Positions 20,801 to 29,074 of a stretch of 64,000 nucleotides of DNA are shown here, piece by piece. Source of the DNA: a virus. Position 1 is the first letter of the stretch. Every line of letters starts with the position of its first letter. Both the position numbers and the translations under genes were made by a program. The stretch is from positions 32,001-96,000 of the IMG/VR virus record IMGVR_UViG_3300031576_000005; one strand, 5' to 3'. Below the pieces are notes generated by a model, which saw only the letters and a list, made by a program, of their open reading frames with translations, was not told the DNA's origin and made no database searches.

Positions 20801-20872
20801 CTTTCTGATATTTTTGCTCGCATTGTTTTATTAGAAAATGGTTTAGGGAAACCACGACCACCAACTACCTAA
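14807..20872 (+). CDS. tape measure protein
   Basis: 2021 aa, Ala/Gln-rich helical; TP901-type core 'SFEDVAKAATEFSRQG...SSADLAEAITRVG...GGAVIGNALKTIFQRI'; motif AGTGTAAATA at 14683. Confidence 0.9.
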   Translation: MAEGDLRLSVVYDVNDSDLQRKVAQSRALAERTFGSLKVGSPNLTDFNRGISNARGNFNQLTEASDDFGDSLERGLRRITALSIASAALFGIARAFTASITAAKELEKNLQNINVILNLPSDQLAKFGNDLFNVARNTKQSFEDVAKAATEFSRQGLGVEETLKRTQAALILVNLAGVSATQGTEAITAAINSFSKESLSAIDIVNKLVAVDAKFAVSSADLAEAITRVGSTAQDAGVDFNRLLSIVTSTQQITQRGGAVIGNALKTIFQRIQRPEVLEQLERLGIQVRETDRVTGQYTGNLLSADKVLRQLGVTFKDLNQEQRAQVSELVGGVLQGNILRGVLNGLAFDQAAYETALKSTDEAIRRNALLLETQDAKLKQVGTSLQQLGANVGKVGLGDFINDLLGGLTTQTGGITSNLLGGLLKNLSGQGSEIGNEFGKVFIKGFSDILLGPGLLTVGIIGIRIVQQLKKFTEKSLGGLSPFSEKDAAIQQQIGKFIGDQFQKIQAINASTADKITKEEQILNLFRAQNVQLAEQNALAASTAAILTKGGVGRTIVRSTGGPKIRNAADGVTEAFVRENNAISKGVGGATSSAKPVFLPNFKFNAGMGIVANTDEFLVPNHAGSGMPAIFNKDMVRKFGLPNGARRISAAEGVAAPPPELTGLFTPEGGAFLNVRASTTAGFALRALIGQKIENITPENNPFEGTLQDVLKRNKKIIREILKEKKSLFSFVRGKPRMIRGLASGFIPNFPTGLEGLTGLFTPEPTDFGGKIGLGNIRDKRILATPLRKILRERGVKDPFEGSIQDVLKRNKPIARQLLREGKGLFSLVRGRPQIIQDLAHGYIPNTADGFPLTKEQIAQLDALLKQVQQKGTQGQTFTGSQQIIPRTVTLQSKPVGGPIKPLTPATVQIPTIASVKQQQFGPQGITLGSLPNQPSGLPLPNLPQLSQIRATSKEVLSGTGLATVKKATKAFGEVGDVSQELKRTIELQTRTIHNSIDVLNSSNTSEKQKAAATRVLTRTTTSLKENISKTKTIGGTESFQQLISSRSTAPVEKESLKGVENALISNTNAQKLQASIQRSRDVKEITATRIDEINATLARNAEARNLGRTPSNFAKTIETAVNNPILRLEKALISKGLTLSPSTISKFGGAGTALAFAAPFAIEGAGALLTSGERDQVTRERKQRGFSTAATAASTAGLLASVAPALGPIGGTVALGAAGIVAAGGALKGFFEGTTDSAEDTAKRVNNLASETQQRIQAAQSSLGGLARIQQLREEKARPEDITGFIKEALRAAQTIESPGVRGQVKNLLLQPSFAQADLDKLNTSIQKFSESEQRKLVTSAPNVTDVFNKVFDELKTTRTFLPRLGKTVEAREGLNQATVNALTEIAQANLERGTPEETAKAIGGQIAKIQGVSPQISKLLSGAQIGQFQALGGPADEFVIQANEQQQQLREDIISALSQGLTKGQVQGAQKGFDIIRTSQDIQEVNDAIFNVGEVAKATVPGLQNAAEANLKLKKSQQEYVKSIDLGNVILERSTKLQLENLKARGQFDVSRVQALSAQQGVIQLRRQAGAGESELQNRALQDAIKNLPIDIAQEQKEAAQSQAASFAKFADSQSTLTTFKTKLNDPNAEKLLKIIKSLNGANNLDETSATIQSLIKELTVLAGKSGITDNELADLTKGLGKFNSDVELINETLKNNAALQGAKLQAEQEQGVNARLSFLSPEFANIAKLQSQARFVGGQPAFGPEERGQRSQETLGILNAVSELAAKTKVETPGVAKAIEEVTKQGRAIDVELVDKLITQISTGGAFQGSEEALKTLREIRDAQLNQQKIQNNLPQVEQIQAAGKARGIDISVEDAIKLLDAKTQELESAATKALSERLNVQRGGEINFSTPTPTELAIEDIKKLDIFKPFTTATELVSKTAEDFNTGRFVESVDRLSVLATDGIPLTIKGEKIEIGSNFAIKVEGSDELSKTVAEIVNNTVIDALGASDINQKLSDIFARIVLLENGLGKPRPPTT
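16790..17346 (+). repeat. tandem ~90-aa duplication inside TMP
   Basis: LTGLFTPE...PFEG[TS][LI]QDVLKRNK...LFS[FL]VRG[KR]P...LA[SH]G[FY]IPN occurs twice. Confidence 0.85.
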
Positions 20873-20874
20873 TT

Positions 20875-22467
20875 ATGGCTACTATTAAATATGGTGCTTT
20901 AAATTTGGTGCCATCACCAGAACTCGGATTAACTCTTGAATCCAAATTTGTTGGAGCAGATATTCGATATTCTTTAAGTAAAGTCTATTCACTTAGAGGA
21001 ACGATTCTTTCTAATCAAACTAGTGGCTTTTCCGGTATCTATATCAAACAAAATGATATTATTACTGGCTTCCAACCAAACTATCTGCCATTTGAAGTTA
21101 ATGGTGTTATAGTTGGATACCCACAAATAAAGTCAATTGCTTTTGATAATAGTAATTATTTACTCAAGAATGCTTATAACATTCAGTTGGAAATCCTTGA
21201 TAGCGGAAATCCCTTTCAGTTTACAGGAGCGAACTATGGATTTACTGGAGTTACGGGGTTATTTCATAATATAGAATCGATAAGCGAAAGCCTAGATTAT
21301 TCGACAGACTTCAGAACCTATAGCTATACCCATTCCGTTGATTTAACATATCGTAGTGGATTTAATATTGACCCATTATTAAATGCGAAATTGATATCAT
21401 CGGGTATTTTAAATAATAAAACAGCTTTTCCGTTTATAACATCGGGTGGTATTTCGGGCGTTAAGACATATGAAGAAAGAACGGATGTGTTTGGTGGAGA
21501 ATACAGTGTTACTGAAAAATTCCAAGGAACTACTGGGAACCTGGCTTATACTCATCTTTTTTCTCTTGCGTTGAATCTTGACAATAATGGGATTACTACT
21601 GTTTCTCAGAACGGCGAAGTGGTTGGTTATGACCCAAATAAATACCTTCAGGCGAAGTCTGGATATACAATAGAAATTACGGGGGCTTATAATAATTGTA
21701 ACACTTTATATGCTAGAAGTTCTCCTTTTAACTTAAACACAACATATCTTACTGACAATAGGATAGATGATATAAACCTTGGTAAAATCACTTATAGTCG
21801 TTCATTTAGTGATGAGACGGGTGTATCAAATTTTAGATGGCAATACTCGCACTCTATGGAGCTTGATGAAAATTATATTAGGCTTTCTGAGAATGGGAAT
21901 ATTTTAGGATTAGACCATGCGAGCACCAGATTTGCTACTTCAAGCGGTGGATGGAATACTGTGAAAACTGGTATATCAGAACGACTTTTCGCACAGTACT
22001 CAGGGTATAACCAGACGGGAATAATTTACCCCATAAGTCGCACGCAAACTTTCGACCGTTTCAATGGTGGAATCACATACAATTATGAGTACTCTAATAA
22101 GGGAATTTTCAATCAAACAAGTGGAATAAAATCACATAATACCACAATATCAGATAGCGTCGTGACTCACGCCGTCGCGAGTTTTAATATCGTAAATTCA
22201 TCCGTGATAGTCCAAGACCTAGAAACCACGAGGCCCGGTACTAGAAGCGTGTCCTCAGACATCGTATATTTAAGAGAAACACCTACTACAGGGTTTTTAC
22301 AATTTACTACTAATCTTTTGAATTCTCACCGTCCTACAGGTGTAGATTTTATAGACCCATTTCTCGAAAGATTGAGCTTGAATCATTCTCCATTATCGAA
22401 TAATATAAGGGTGGATGCTAGCTATAATTTTAGGGGTCTCCGCACAATTTCAGGTTTCGACCTTTAA
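20875..22467 (+). CDS. tail tip/distal tail-like structural protein
   Basis: Follows TMP; beta-rich; paralogous to 23368..24981. Confidence 0.55.
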   Translation: MATIKYGALNLVPSPELGLTLESKFVGADIRYSLSKVYSLRGTILSNQTSGFSGIYIKQNDIITGFQPNYLPFEVNGVIVGYPQIKSIAFDNSNYLLKNAYNIQLEILDSGNPFQFTGANYGFTGVTGLFHNIESISESLDYSTDFRTYSYTHSVDLTYRSGFNIDPLLNAKLISSGILNNKTAFPFITSGGISGVKTYEERTDVFGGEYSVTEKFQGTTGNLAYTHLFSLALNLDNNGITTVSQNGEVVGYDPNKYLQAKSGYTIEITGAYNNCNTLYARSSPFNLNTTYLTDNRIDDINLGKITYSRSFSDETGVSNFRWQYSHSMELDENYIRLSENGNILGLDHASTRFATSSGGWNTVKTGISERLFAQYSGYNQTGIIYPISRTQTFDRFNGGITYNYEYSNKGIFNQTSGIKSHNTTISDSVVTHAVASFNIVNSSVIVQDLETTRPGTRSVSSDIVYLRETPTTGFLQFTTNLLNSHRPTGVDFIDPFLERLSLNHSPLSNNIRVDASYNFRGLRTISGFDL

Positions 22468-22481
22468 ATAAAAATAAACAT

Positions 22482-23375
22482 ATGATAATTTGTTTAAATT
22501 TTTTGAGTACATACGAAGAAGGGAAAAGGCATTATACAAAGAGTCTCGTTAAGTGTGATGACTGTGGCACCGAGAGAACAATAAGTAAGAGTCATGTTAA
22601 TGAAGGAATTGGCGTAAAATATTGCCGTATTTGTTCGCAAAGGGGAGATAGAAGTTGTCATAAAGGAAAACATCTAACCGAAGAACATAGAAAAAAAATA
22701 TCAAATTCTACCAAAGGAGAAAATCACTCATTTTTTGGAAAGCATCATTCTGAAGAAACTAAACAAAAACTCAGAGAAGCTAATCTTAATAAAGAAGTTT
22801 CCGAAGAAACTCGAAAAAAATTAAGTTTGGCATCCAGCGGAGAGAAAAATCCTAATTATGGTAAGAAACATTCTGAAGCGACTAAAGCAAAAATATCTTT
22901 AACCCACAAAGGGAAAATTATATCAGAAGAAAGCAAAAGAAAAATGTCTTTGGCAGCAAAAGGAAGGATATTTACAGAGGAACATAAACGCAAACTATCT
23001 ATTGCTCTTTCTAGCACTAACAATCCGAACTATGGGAAATATGGTGAAGAAAGTCCGAACTGGAACGAAAATTTAACGAAACAAGACAGAAAGGATAGAA
23101 GGGGTATTTTTGAATATAAAGATTGGTGCTTAAAAATTAAGCAGCGAGATAACTGGAAATGTCAAATTACCGAAGATGATATTGGCGGAAATTTAATAGC
23201 ACATCATTTTTATAATTGGACTTATTATCCAGAAAAACGCTTCGATATAAATAATGGCATTACGCTTAGAGAAGACATTCATATACTTTTTCATATGATT
23301 TTTGGTTGGAGACATAATACTACAGAACAATTCGAAATATTTAAACAATATATGGCGGAGGTATTAAATGTCTAA
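22482..23375 (+). CDS. NUMOD3/HNH endonuclease-like protein (copy 5)
   Basis: 'MIICLNFLSTY..KSLVKCDDCG'; the longest NUMOD3 array; HHFYNW..NNG. Confidence 0.85.
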   Translation: MIICLNFLSTYEEGKRHYTKSLVKCDDCGTERTISKSHVNEGIGVKYCRICSQRGDRSCHKGKHLTEEHRKKISNSTKGENHSFFGKHHSEETKQKLREANLNKEVSEETRKKLSLASSGEKNPNYGKKHSEATKAKISLTHKGKIISEESKRKMSLAAKGRIFTEEHKRKLSIALSSTNNPNYGKYGEESPNWNENLTKQDRKDRRGIFEYKDWCLKIKQRDNWKCQITEDDIGGNLIAHHFYNWTYYPEKRFDINNGITLREDIHILFHMIFGWRHNTTEQFEIFKQYMAEVLNV

Positions 23376-24981
23376 AATTTTTTACAACGGAATAAATATT
23401 TTTACGTCTCAACCCACGCCATTGGTATCTCGCACAATCGAGCCAATTTTTAGGAAAGATGGCAGACAGCTTGCTATGGTAGAAAAAATTTCTTTGGTGG
23501 GACAAATTACGGGATGCGATTTTTCCACCATATCAGGATTCCAGTCTGTTATTAGTTCTGGATTTAACAGAGACTTCGGGGATTTGCGTTTTGAAGATTA
23601 TAATTTTACTGGGACGGCATCTGGATGTAAAGTTTTAAGCGTTGATTTTCAGCAAGGCACAATGGTCGGCATCCAAAATTATACGATAAATCTCCAGTCT
23701 TATAATGAGTCGTTTTACGAGACAATCGGGATAATAGAAAAGAAAAATTCTTGGTCAATATCGCAAGAAGAAAATGGAAACACCAACATAACCCATGAAA
23801 TCTTCGCAAAGGGAGCGAATACAGGACCACAATATAACAATGCCTTCGATAAAGCAAAGAGCTTTGTTCTCTCACTAACTGGATTTAATCCACCGTCTTT
23901 ATTTCCTTTTTTTATTTCGGGGTTTTCAGGTTCCTTGGATTCGAGGTCAGAAAATATAAATCGCTTGGAGGGTACATACGGAATATCAGAATCTTATGTT
24001 GGTAGTAGTGGAAATAAAATCTCGCAAGAAACAACTATTAATTTAACCTCCGGAAATGATGGAATTATACAAGTAGATGTTAACGGAACTTTTCGTGGTG
24101 GAAAAAACGAAAATTTCGATATAGTTCGTACAGCATATTCGGGATTTGATGCTTTTGCCTACGTGACTGGAATGTATTTTGATTATAGAAAAGTCACGGG
24201 ACTTTTTTCGTTGCCACTTTCAAGCGGTTATACAGAGAATATACGCGACGGCTCAATCGATTTCAATATAAGTTTTAATGATTATCCGACTGTCAGATTT
24301 AAACACGTTCCCAGCATCCAAATCACATCAGGACAAGACGGTATTATCACAGCGTCATTAAACGGCGAAGTTCAAGGCTTGGGACGCCAACGGCCACTAA
24401 GATATGATAATGCATATAATTTTTTCACCGGTTTAAATATCTTCAATCTCGCCAATGAAGAATATAATATTTATGTAGGCACTGGCTATGGATATTCCCT
24501 CAATACATTTCCGCTATCTTCCGGTATTGGTATAGACCGATTCGGTGGTAAGATTACTTATAATGTAACATTTAATGATAAGCCGCTTGGCCTGAACTGT
24601 TCCGGAATTAAAAACTTTGACTATTCCGTTCGTAAAGAGTATGCCATGAGAGCACTAAGATTTGGGATGGTTCCGTATTCTGAATCAGGCGGATGCGTTC
24701 AAGATTTAAATTATGCCTCAAGAGCTACGATTTCCGTAAATGGAAATGTCTTATCAAATCCCTCGGTATTAAGAGCAAAAACCGCCGCACAACAATTTGT
24801 TAATTATAAATTTCGGTTGCAGTATATGCAAGGAAGAGATAATATGATATTAGACGGGGGTTCTATATCTGAAAATATAGATTCAAATTCAGCCACATTC
24901 GATTATAATATTTCATTTGATGAAGCCGCGCCAATTAATGCCGATGTGAGCTATACATTTATTACGGGGTTGACAATTTAA
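23368..24981 (+). CDS. tail tip/distal tail-like structural protein
   Basis: Paralog of 20875 ('DRFGGKITYN' vs 'DRFNGGITYN'); GGAGG SD lies inside the upstream HNH gene. Confidence 0.55.
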   Translation: MSKIFYNGINIFTSQPTPLVSRTIEPIFRKDGRQLAMVEKISLVGQITGCDFSTISGFQSVISSGFNRDFGDLRFEDYNFTGTASGCKVLSVDFQQGTMVGIQNYTINLQSYNESFYETIGIIEKKNSWSISQEENGNTNITHEIFAKGANTGPQYNNAFDKAKSFVLSLTGFNPPSLFPFFISGFSGSLDSRSENINRLEGTYGISESYVGSSGNKISQETTINLTSGNDGIIQVDVNGTFRGGKNENFDIVRTAYSGFDAFAYVTGMYFDYRKVTGLFSLPLSSGYTENIRDGSIDFNISFNDYPTVRFKHVPSIQITSGQDGIITASLNGEVQGLGRQRPLRYDNAYNFFTGLNIFNLANEEYNIYVGTGYGYSLNTFPLSSGIGIDRFGGKITYNVTFNDKPLGLNCSGIKNFDYSVRKEYAMRALRFGMVPYSESGGCVQDLNYASRATISVNGNVLSNPSVLRAKTAAQQFVNYKFRLQYMQGRDNMILDGGSISENIDSNSATFDYNISFDEAAPINADVSYTFITGLTI

Positions 24982-24982
24982 T

Positions 24983-26533
24983 ATGAGTTCACAGGGGCTA
25001 CAATACATATTTAATAAGTTTGGCGGGGATTTAAACACCCTTCCAGTTCTTTATGATTTTTCCGTTTCTGGTAATTACGTCAACAATGTATCACAACAAG
25101 GTACAGGAAATCATCTTGGAATAATCAGTGGGTCTCAATCTCAATTCTGGGCAACTTCTGGCTCTGGCACTTTTTCTAATCACGTAGTCACAATTTCTGG
25201 AACTAGTGGATTAGTATTAAATGATTTCGCGGTTTTCTTGTGGGGCAATCGACAAAACAATGCAAGAGATAATGTTCTTTTCTCTTCAATAGAGGATTAT
25301 ATTTCGGGAATCGCTAGCGGCGGCCATGTTTTCATTAACCCCGCTAATAAATTAGTATTTCTATTCAAAACCTGCGTGGGAACGCAAAGTTATATCTCTG
25401 ATTTTAATGTAATTTCAGATTTTGCCGTTGGTGTTTCAAAAAGCAATAGCGTTTTAAATCTATATCAATATGATTATTACAACCAATCAATTGCCACTAA
25501 TAGTTTTACAATAAATAGATTCGCCGACTATTTTCCTATTAATCATTTTTCTATTGGATATGGGCCAAGTGGCGCAAACTTGATTAATAACCAATTTTAT
25601 AGCGGGTCTTTAAATACATTTTTATTAGTTTCGGGTGGAGTGAATAGCAATAATGCTCAATTAATCTTTTCTGGTCGATATGTTGAGACTCAAACCACAT
25701 CCCCCGCCACTATCTCTGGGAACGAATGTACGGGGCTTGTAACGCTTGGGGGTAGTACGACAGTGGTTAATCAATCCGTCATTCCCAGTGGAATGTTCTT
25801 TAAACAAGGTATCCTAATCTTTTCACAACCTCTTATTGCGACAGATTTAGTTCTTTTAGACTGTGCAACGACGGGGCAAAACCTTTTTAATCAAAAAACG
25901 CTAACAAATCCTGGTAATAGCTACAGTTTGGGTACATCCGTTTCTGCTAATATCGGTCTCTATCTTAATGGACAGAGGTTAATCAGTGGGGCAAGTAGCG
26001 TGACTGGGTCATTTTGTACCACTGGGACATTATTTCCCAAAGACTACGATATTGCAAATAAAATCAGTATTATTGGAATAAATAACTTAATTGCAACAGA
26101 TGTGTTGAAATATGATGTACAAAATGCTAATATACTGTTACAGACAGTATTAAGCAGCGGAACAGGGACATTTGCCGTTAGTAGTGCCTCTGGGATAGGA
26201 TACTATGTAAATGGAATAAGGAATTTAAACTTTGACCAAGTAGGGACTGGAATAACGCCACAAAGTAATTTAAACAATGGTGATGTTATACTAGTTGATT
26301 ATTTTAATAATGGATATATAAAAAACAATGTTATAGCAAGTACCAACCCCTATTTGGTTAGCGGGGGTTTCGTTGCAAATACTTCAATGGTTTATTTAAA
26401 TGGACAAAGGTTGTCTCTAAATGTAGATTATATAGAAATAAATTCTGGCGAATTCCCAGCTTTTACCTTTAAACCGATTTCATCAACTGCAATTTTTGAT
26501 GCATCAAACATAAATAATACTTGGAATATTTAG
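24983..26533 (+). CDS. tail structural protein with LamG/ConA-like N-terminal domain
   Basis: Beta-sandwich-like N-half; repeated 'YLNGQRL'. Confidence 0.5.
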   Translation: MSSQGLQYIFNKFGGDLNTLPVLYDFSVSGNYVNNVSQQGTGNHLGIISGSQSQFWATSGSGTFSNHVVTISGTSGLVLNDFAVFLWGNRQNNARDNVLFSSIEDYISGIASGGHVFINPANKLVFLFKTCVGTQSYISDFNVISDFAVGVSKSNSVLNLYQYDYYNQSIATNSFTINRFADYFPINHFSIGYGPSGANLINNQFYSGSLNTFLLVSGGVNSNNAQLIFSGRYVETQTTSPATISGNECTGLVTLGGSTTVVNQSVIPSGMFFKQGILIFSQPLIATDLVLLDCATTGQNLFNQKTLTNPGNSYSLGTSVSANIGLYLNGQRLISGASSVTGSFCTTGTLFPKDYDIANKISIIGINNLIATDVLKYDVQNANILLQTVLSSGTGTFAVSSASGIGYYVNGIRNLNFDQVGTGITPQSNLNNGDVILVDYFNNGYIKNNVIASTNPYLVSGGFVANTSMVYLNGQRLSLNVDYIEINSGEFPAFTFKPISSTAIFDASNINNTWNI

Positions 26534-26537
26534 ATTT

Positions 26538-28607
26538 ATGAGTATAATTAAGGCTGGTAAAATATTAATTAATGGTTCGACCAACGTATTTGGTGGATTT
26601 GTTTATTCCGCGAGTTTTAACCATGAATATGGCCAAAGCCCATCTACTTTGAATTTGTCTGTAATTTCAAAAAGTAAAGAATATATTCCCGTTCAACTAT
26701 CCGCCACAATCCCCTACTCCATTAAAATCGGCGACGAAATAACGCTAAAGATGTATGCTACGGACTGGAGCATCAGCGATGGAACAGATGGTAGAACTCT
26801 TAGTATTGTTTTTGTTGATGGTCGGATTAAGATGAATAGAATTTGGGTGGCTCTGGTTGACTTTCCATGTGGAAGAAGTACTCTTGTAAGTCCTTCTTCT
26901 AGATTTGAAGGATTATCAAATCCAAGTATTGCCGATAATCCCAATATTATATTGCTTGGTGGTAAATTTAATCCATCCGCCGAACAGATTAATCAGTTTA
27001 CTGGTGTTAAAGAAGGCACTTCTCCAACGTTAACAAGCCCTACTAATCCATCTAATGGTGAACAGTTATTTTTATCTTATTCTTATGATGCTCTTCGTGA
27101 GAAATCTCCAATTACATTGCCGGTTATTCCAAATTCTACAAATATTTTTAGATTGAATACGGAAGCAACACTTTCAGAAGTATTCAGCCAATTTTGTGTG
27201 GCTTATGGTTTTACATGGTATTGGGATTATGATACCGATACACCATTATTACTAGATTTAAGAACACAAATAGATTTAGACGCTAACCTTTCAAATCAAT
27301 TAAGAGATATTCATTGTTTGAAATCTATATCTTTTGGAGAAAGCATTAAAGACCTAGAAACTCAAGGGGTTGTATTCTATAATGATACAAGTGTAGCCGT
27401 AGAAGAAACACAAATACCACAAAAGGTAATTTTTCCAGTTAAAAATTTTCTTACAGCGGGGGATTTCTTAACCTTTCCGTTAATTAGTAAATCTACGGTT
27501 GCTGGTGTAACAGTAGACCATATAGAAGCGGCTATTATGGCTACATGGGGAGAAGCTATTTACGAATCATATATTTTTGATAAATATTCCGGGGAAGATA
27601 TTAAAGCTGCAATTGAAATTTACGGATATAATATAATATCTAATCAGACCTTTGTTCAGATGAATAGCGCACAACAAGCAGCCGTTAAAACCAAATCAGA
27701 AAAAGATGTCTTTTTAAATGATGTAAGACTTATCCGTGTTCATCCTATTAATCAACAAAATTCTTTAAAAGACGCTCATTTTAGGATGGCGGATATTATA
27801 AAATCAAAACAAATTGGATTTTTATTCGCCCCATATAAAATAGAAGTAGAAGGAATCGACGTAAGTTTTATTAATCCAGATTTTGCAATAGATGAAACTC
27901 CTGGTGTTAGTGCTTTTTTAGAGGGTGGCAAAGCGGCTGATAGTTTTGGTTTAACTAAATTTGATGGGACGCGCAATTCTACGAGAATAAAAAGTCGAAC
28001 ATCATTATTTCTTCATATCGTAACATTTCCAAATTTAAAATTTACATTTGATGCTTTTGATAGCGCAAGCCCCCAAAGTTCTAGTCCGACTTTCAAACAA
28101 CAAAGAGATTGGCTAAGCAACGGACATGAATTTGACCCAGGCGGAGACCCAACCGATAGATTTTTTATGATTTATGGACAACCAAATACCCCGCCCGTTC
28201 CAAGGGTACAAGGCTTAATTGGATATGTAGCTGCTAATCCTCCAGATATTCAATCTAGTCCCTCCACAATAGCAGATAGCTATTCTTCAAAATATAAAAA
28301 ATCAATTTGCAATATTCCCGTGGTGAATGATTTATCTACAAGTTTTAGGATTTTGAGTTTAAGTAATGATGGTATATTATCCCCCGTTTCTGCCGTTGTA
28401 AATTCTGCCGTATCTCCAACAGTTCCATTTCGGACATTTTCTGTAGAAATTTATGGTCTCAACACCGGTCTAAATCTTACCCCACAAAAGGGGTTAGATA
28501 GTTTTAAAGTTGTAATGGGGGATGGTGGATATGAATCTTCGTATACGCTATCTTCTAAAAAAAGAATTCCATTAGATAATCGTATAGTAAAACAATTATT
28601 TATTTAA
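26538..28607 (+). CDS. putative tail hub/Tal-like protein
   Basis: 'PSTLNLSV', 'TLSEVFSQFCVAYGFTWYWD' hub-like pattern; position. Confidence 0.5.
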   Translation: MSIIKAGKILINGSTNVFGGFVYSASFNHEYGQSPSTLNLSVISKSKEYIPVQLSATIPYSIKIGDEITLKMYATDWSISDGTDGRTLSIVFVDGRIKMNRIWVALVDFPCGRSTLVSPSSRFEGLSNPSIADNPNIILLGGKFNPSAEQINQFTGVKEGTSPTLTSPTNPSNGEQLFLSYSYDALREKSPITLPVIPNSTNIFRLNTEATLSEVFSQFCVAYGFTWYWDYDTDTPLLLDLRTQIDLDANLSNQLRDIHCLKSISFGESIKDLETQGVVFYNDTSVAVEETQIPQKVIFPVKNFLTAGDFLTFPLISKSTVAGVTVDHIEAAIMATWGEAIYESYIFDKYSGEDIKAAIEIYGYNIISNQTFVQMNSAQQAAVKTKSEKDVFLNDVRLIRVHPINQQNSLKDAHFRMADIIKSKQIGFLFAPYKIEVEGIDVSFINPDFAIDETPGVSAFLEGGKAADSFGLTKFDGTRNSTRIKSRTSLFLHIVTFPNLKFTFDAFDSASPQSSSPTFKQQRDWLSNGHEFDPGGDPTDRFFMIYGQPNTPPVPRVQGLIGYVAANPPDIQSSPSTIADSYSSKYKKSICNIPVVNDLSTSFRILSLSNDGILSPVSAVVNSAVSPTVPFRTFSVEIYGLNTGLNLTPQKGLDSFKVVMGDGGYESSYTLSSKKRIPLDNRIVKQLFI

Positions 28608-28608
28608 T

Positions 28609-29058
28609 ATGCCACTATCCTCATCACCCACTCCTTTATCAAACACTATATCTCTTGGTGGAACGGGGGGGAATCCTTCTTTTAAAGTATCTAACTATAA
28701 TAAAACAACGACAGAAGCTACTATATTATATGGGACTTTAAATATAAACAGTCAATTTGTTGCTTCTAGTAAAACGATTGGTGCAGAATCTAAAATTTTT
28801 GCAGCATTAGGTAGCTTTATATATTTACAGATTAATAAAATTTTCAGTAGAACGGAAACGCCGACTATAGAATTTTTTAATTCTTTTGATTCTCCAGACC
28901 AACAGACAAAGGCTGATGGAACACCAACTGGAAAAAAAATTGAAGTTCCCGCGGCTCCATTTCCAAGTATTATCTGCCTCGCTTTTATTGACAATGACGG
29001 CAAAATATTTGACTTGAGGCCAGCCTGGGTTATTAATGTATTTTCATTTTTAGGATAA
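28609..29058 (+). CDS. hypothetical tail protein
   Basis: 149-aa coupled ORF in the tail module. Confidence 0.5.
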   Translation: MPLSSSPTPLSNTISLGGTGGNPSFKVSNYNKTTTEATILYGTLNINSQFVASSKTIGAESKIFAALGSFIYLQINKIFSRTETPTIEFFNSFDSPDQQTKADGTPTGKKIEVPAAPFPSIICLAFIDNDGKIFDLRPAWVINVFSFLG

Positions 29059-29074
29059 TGCAATTTAAAATAAT

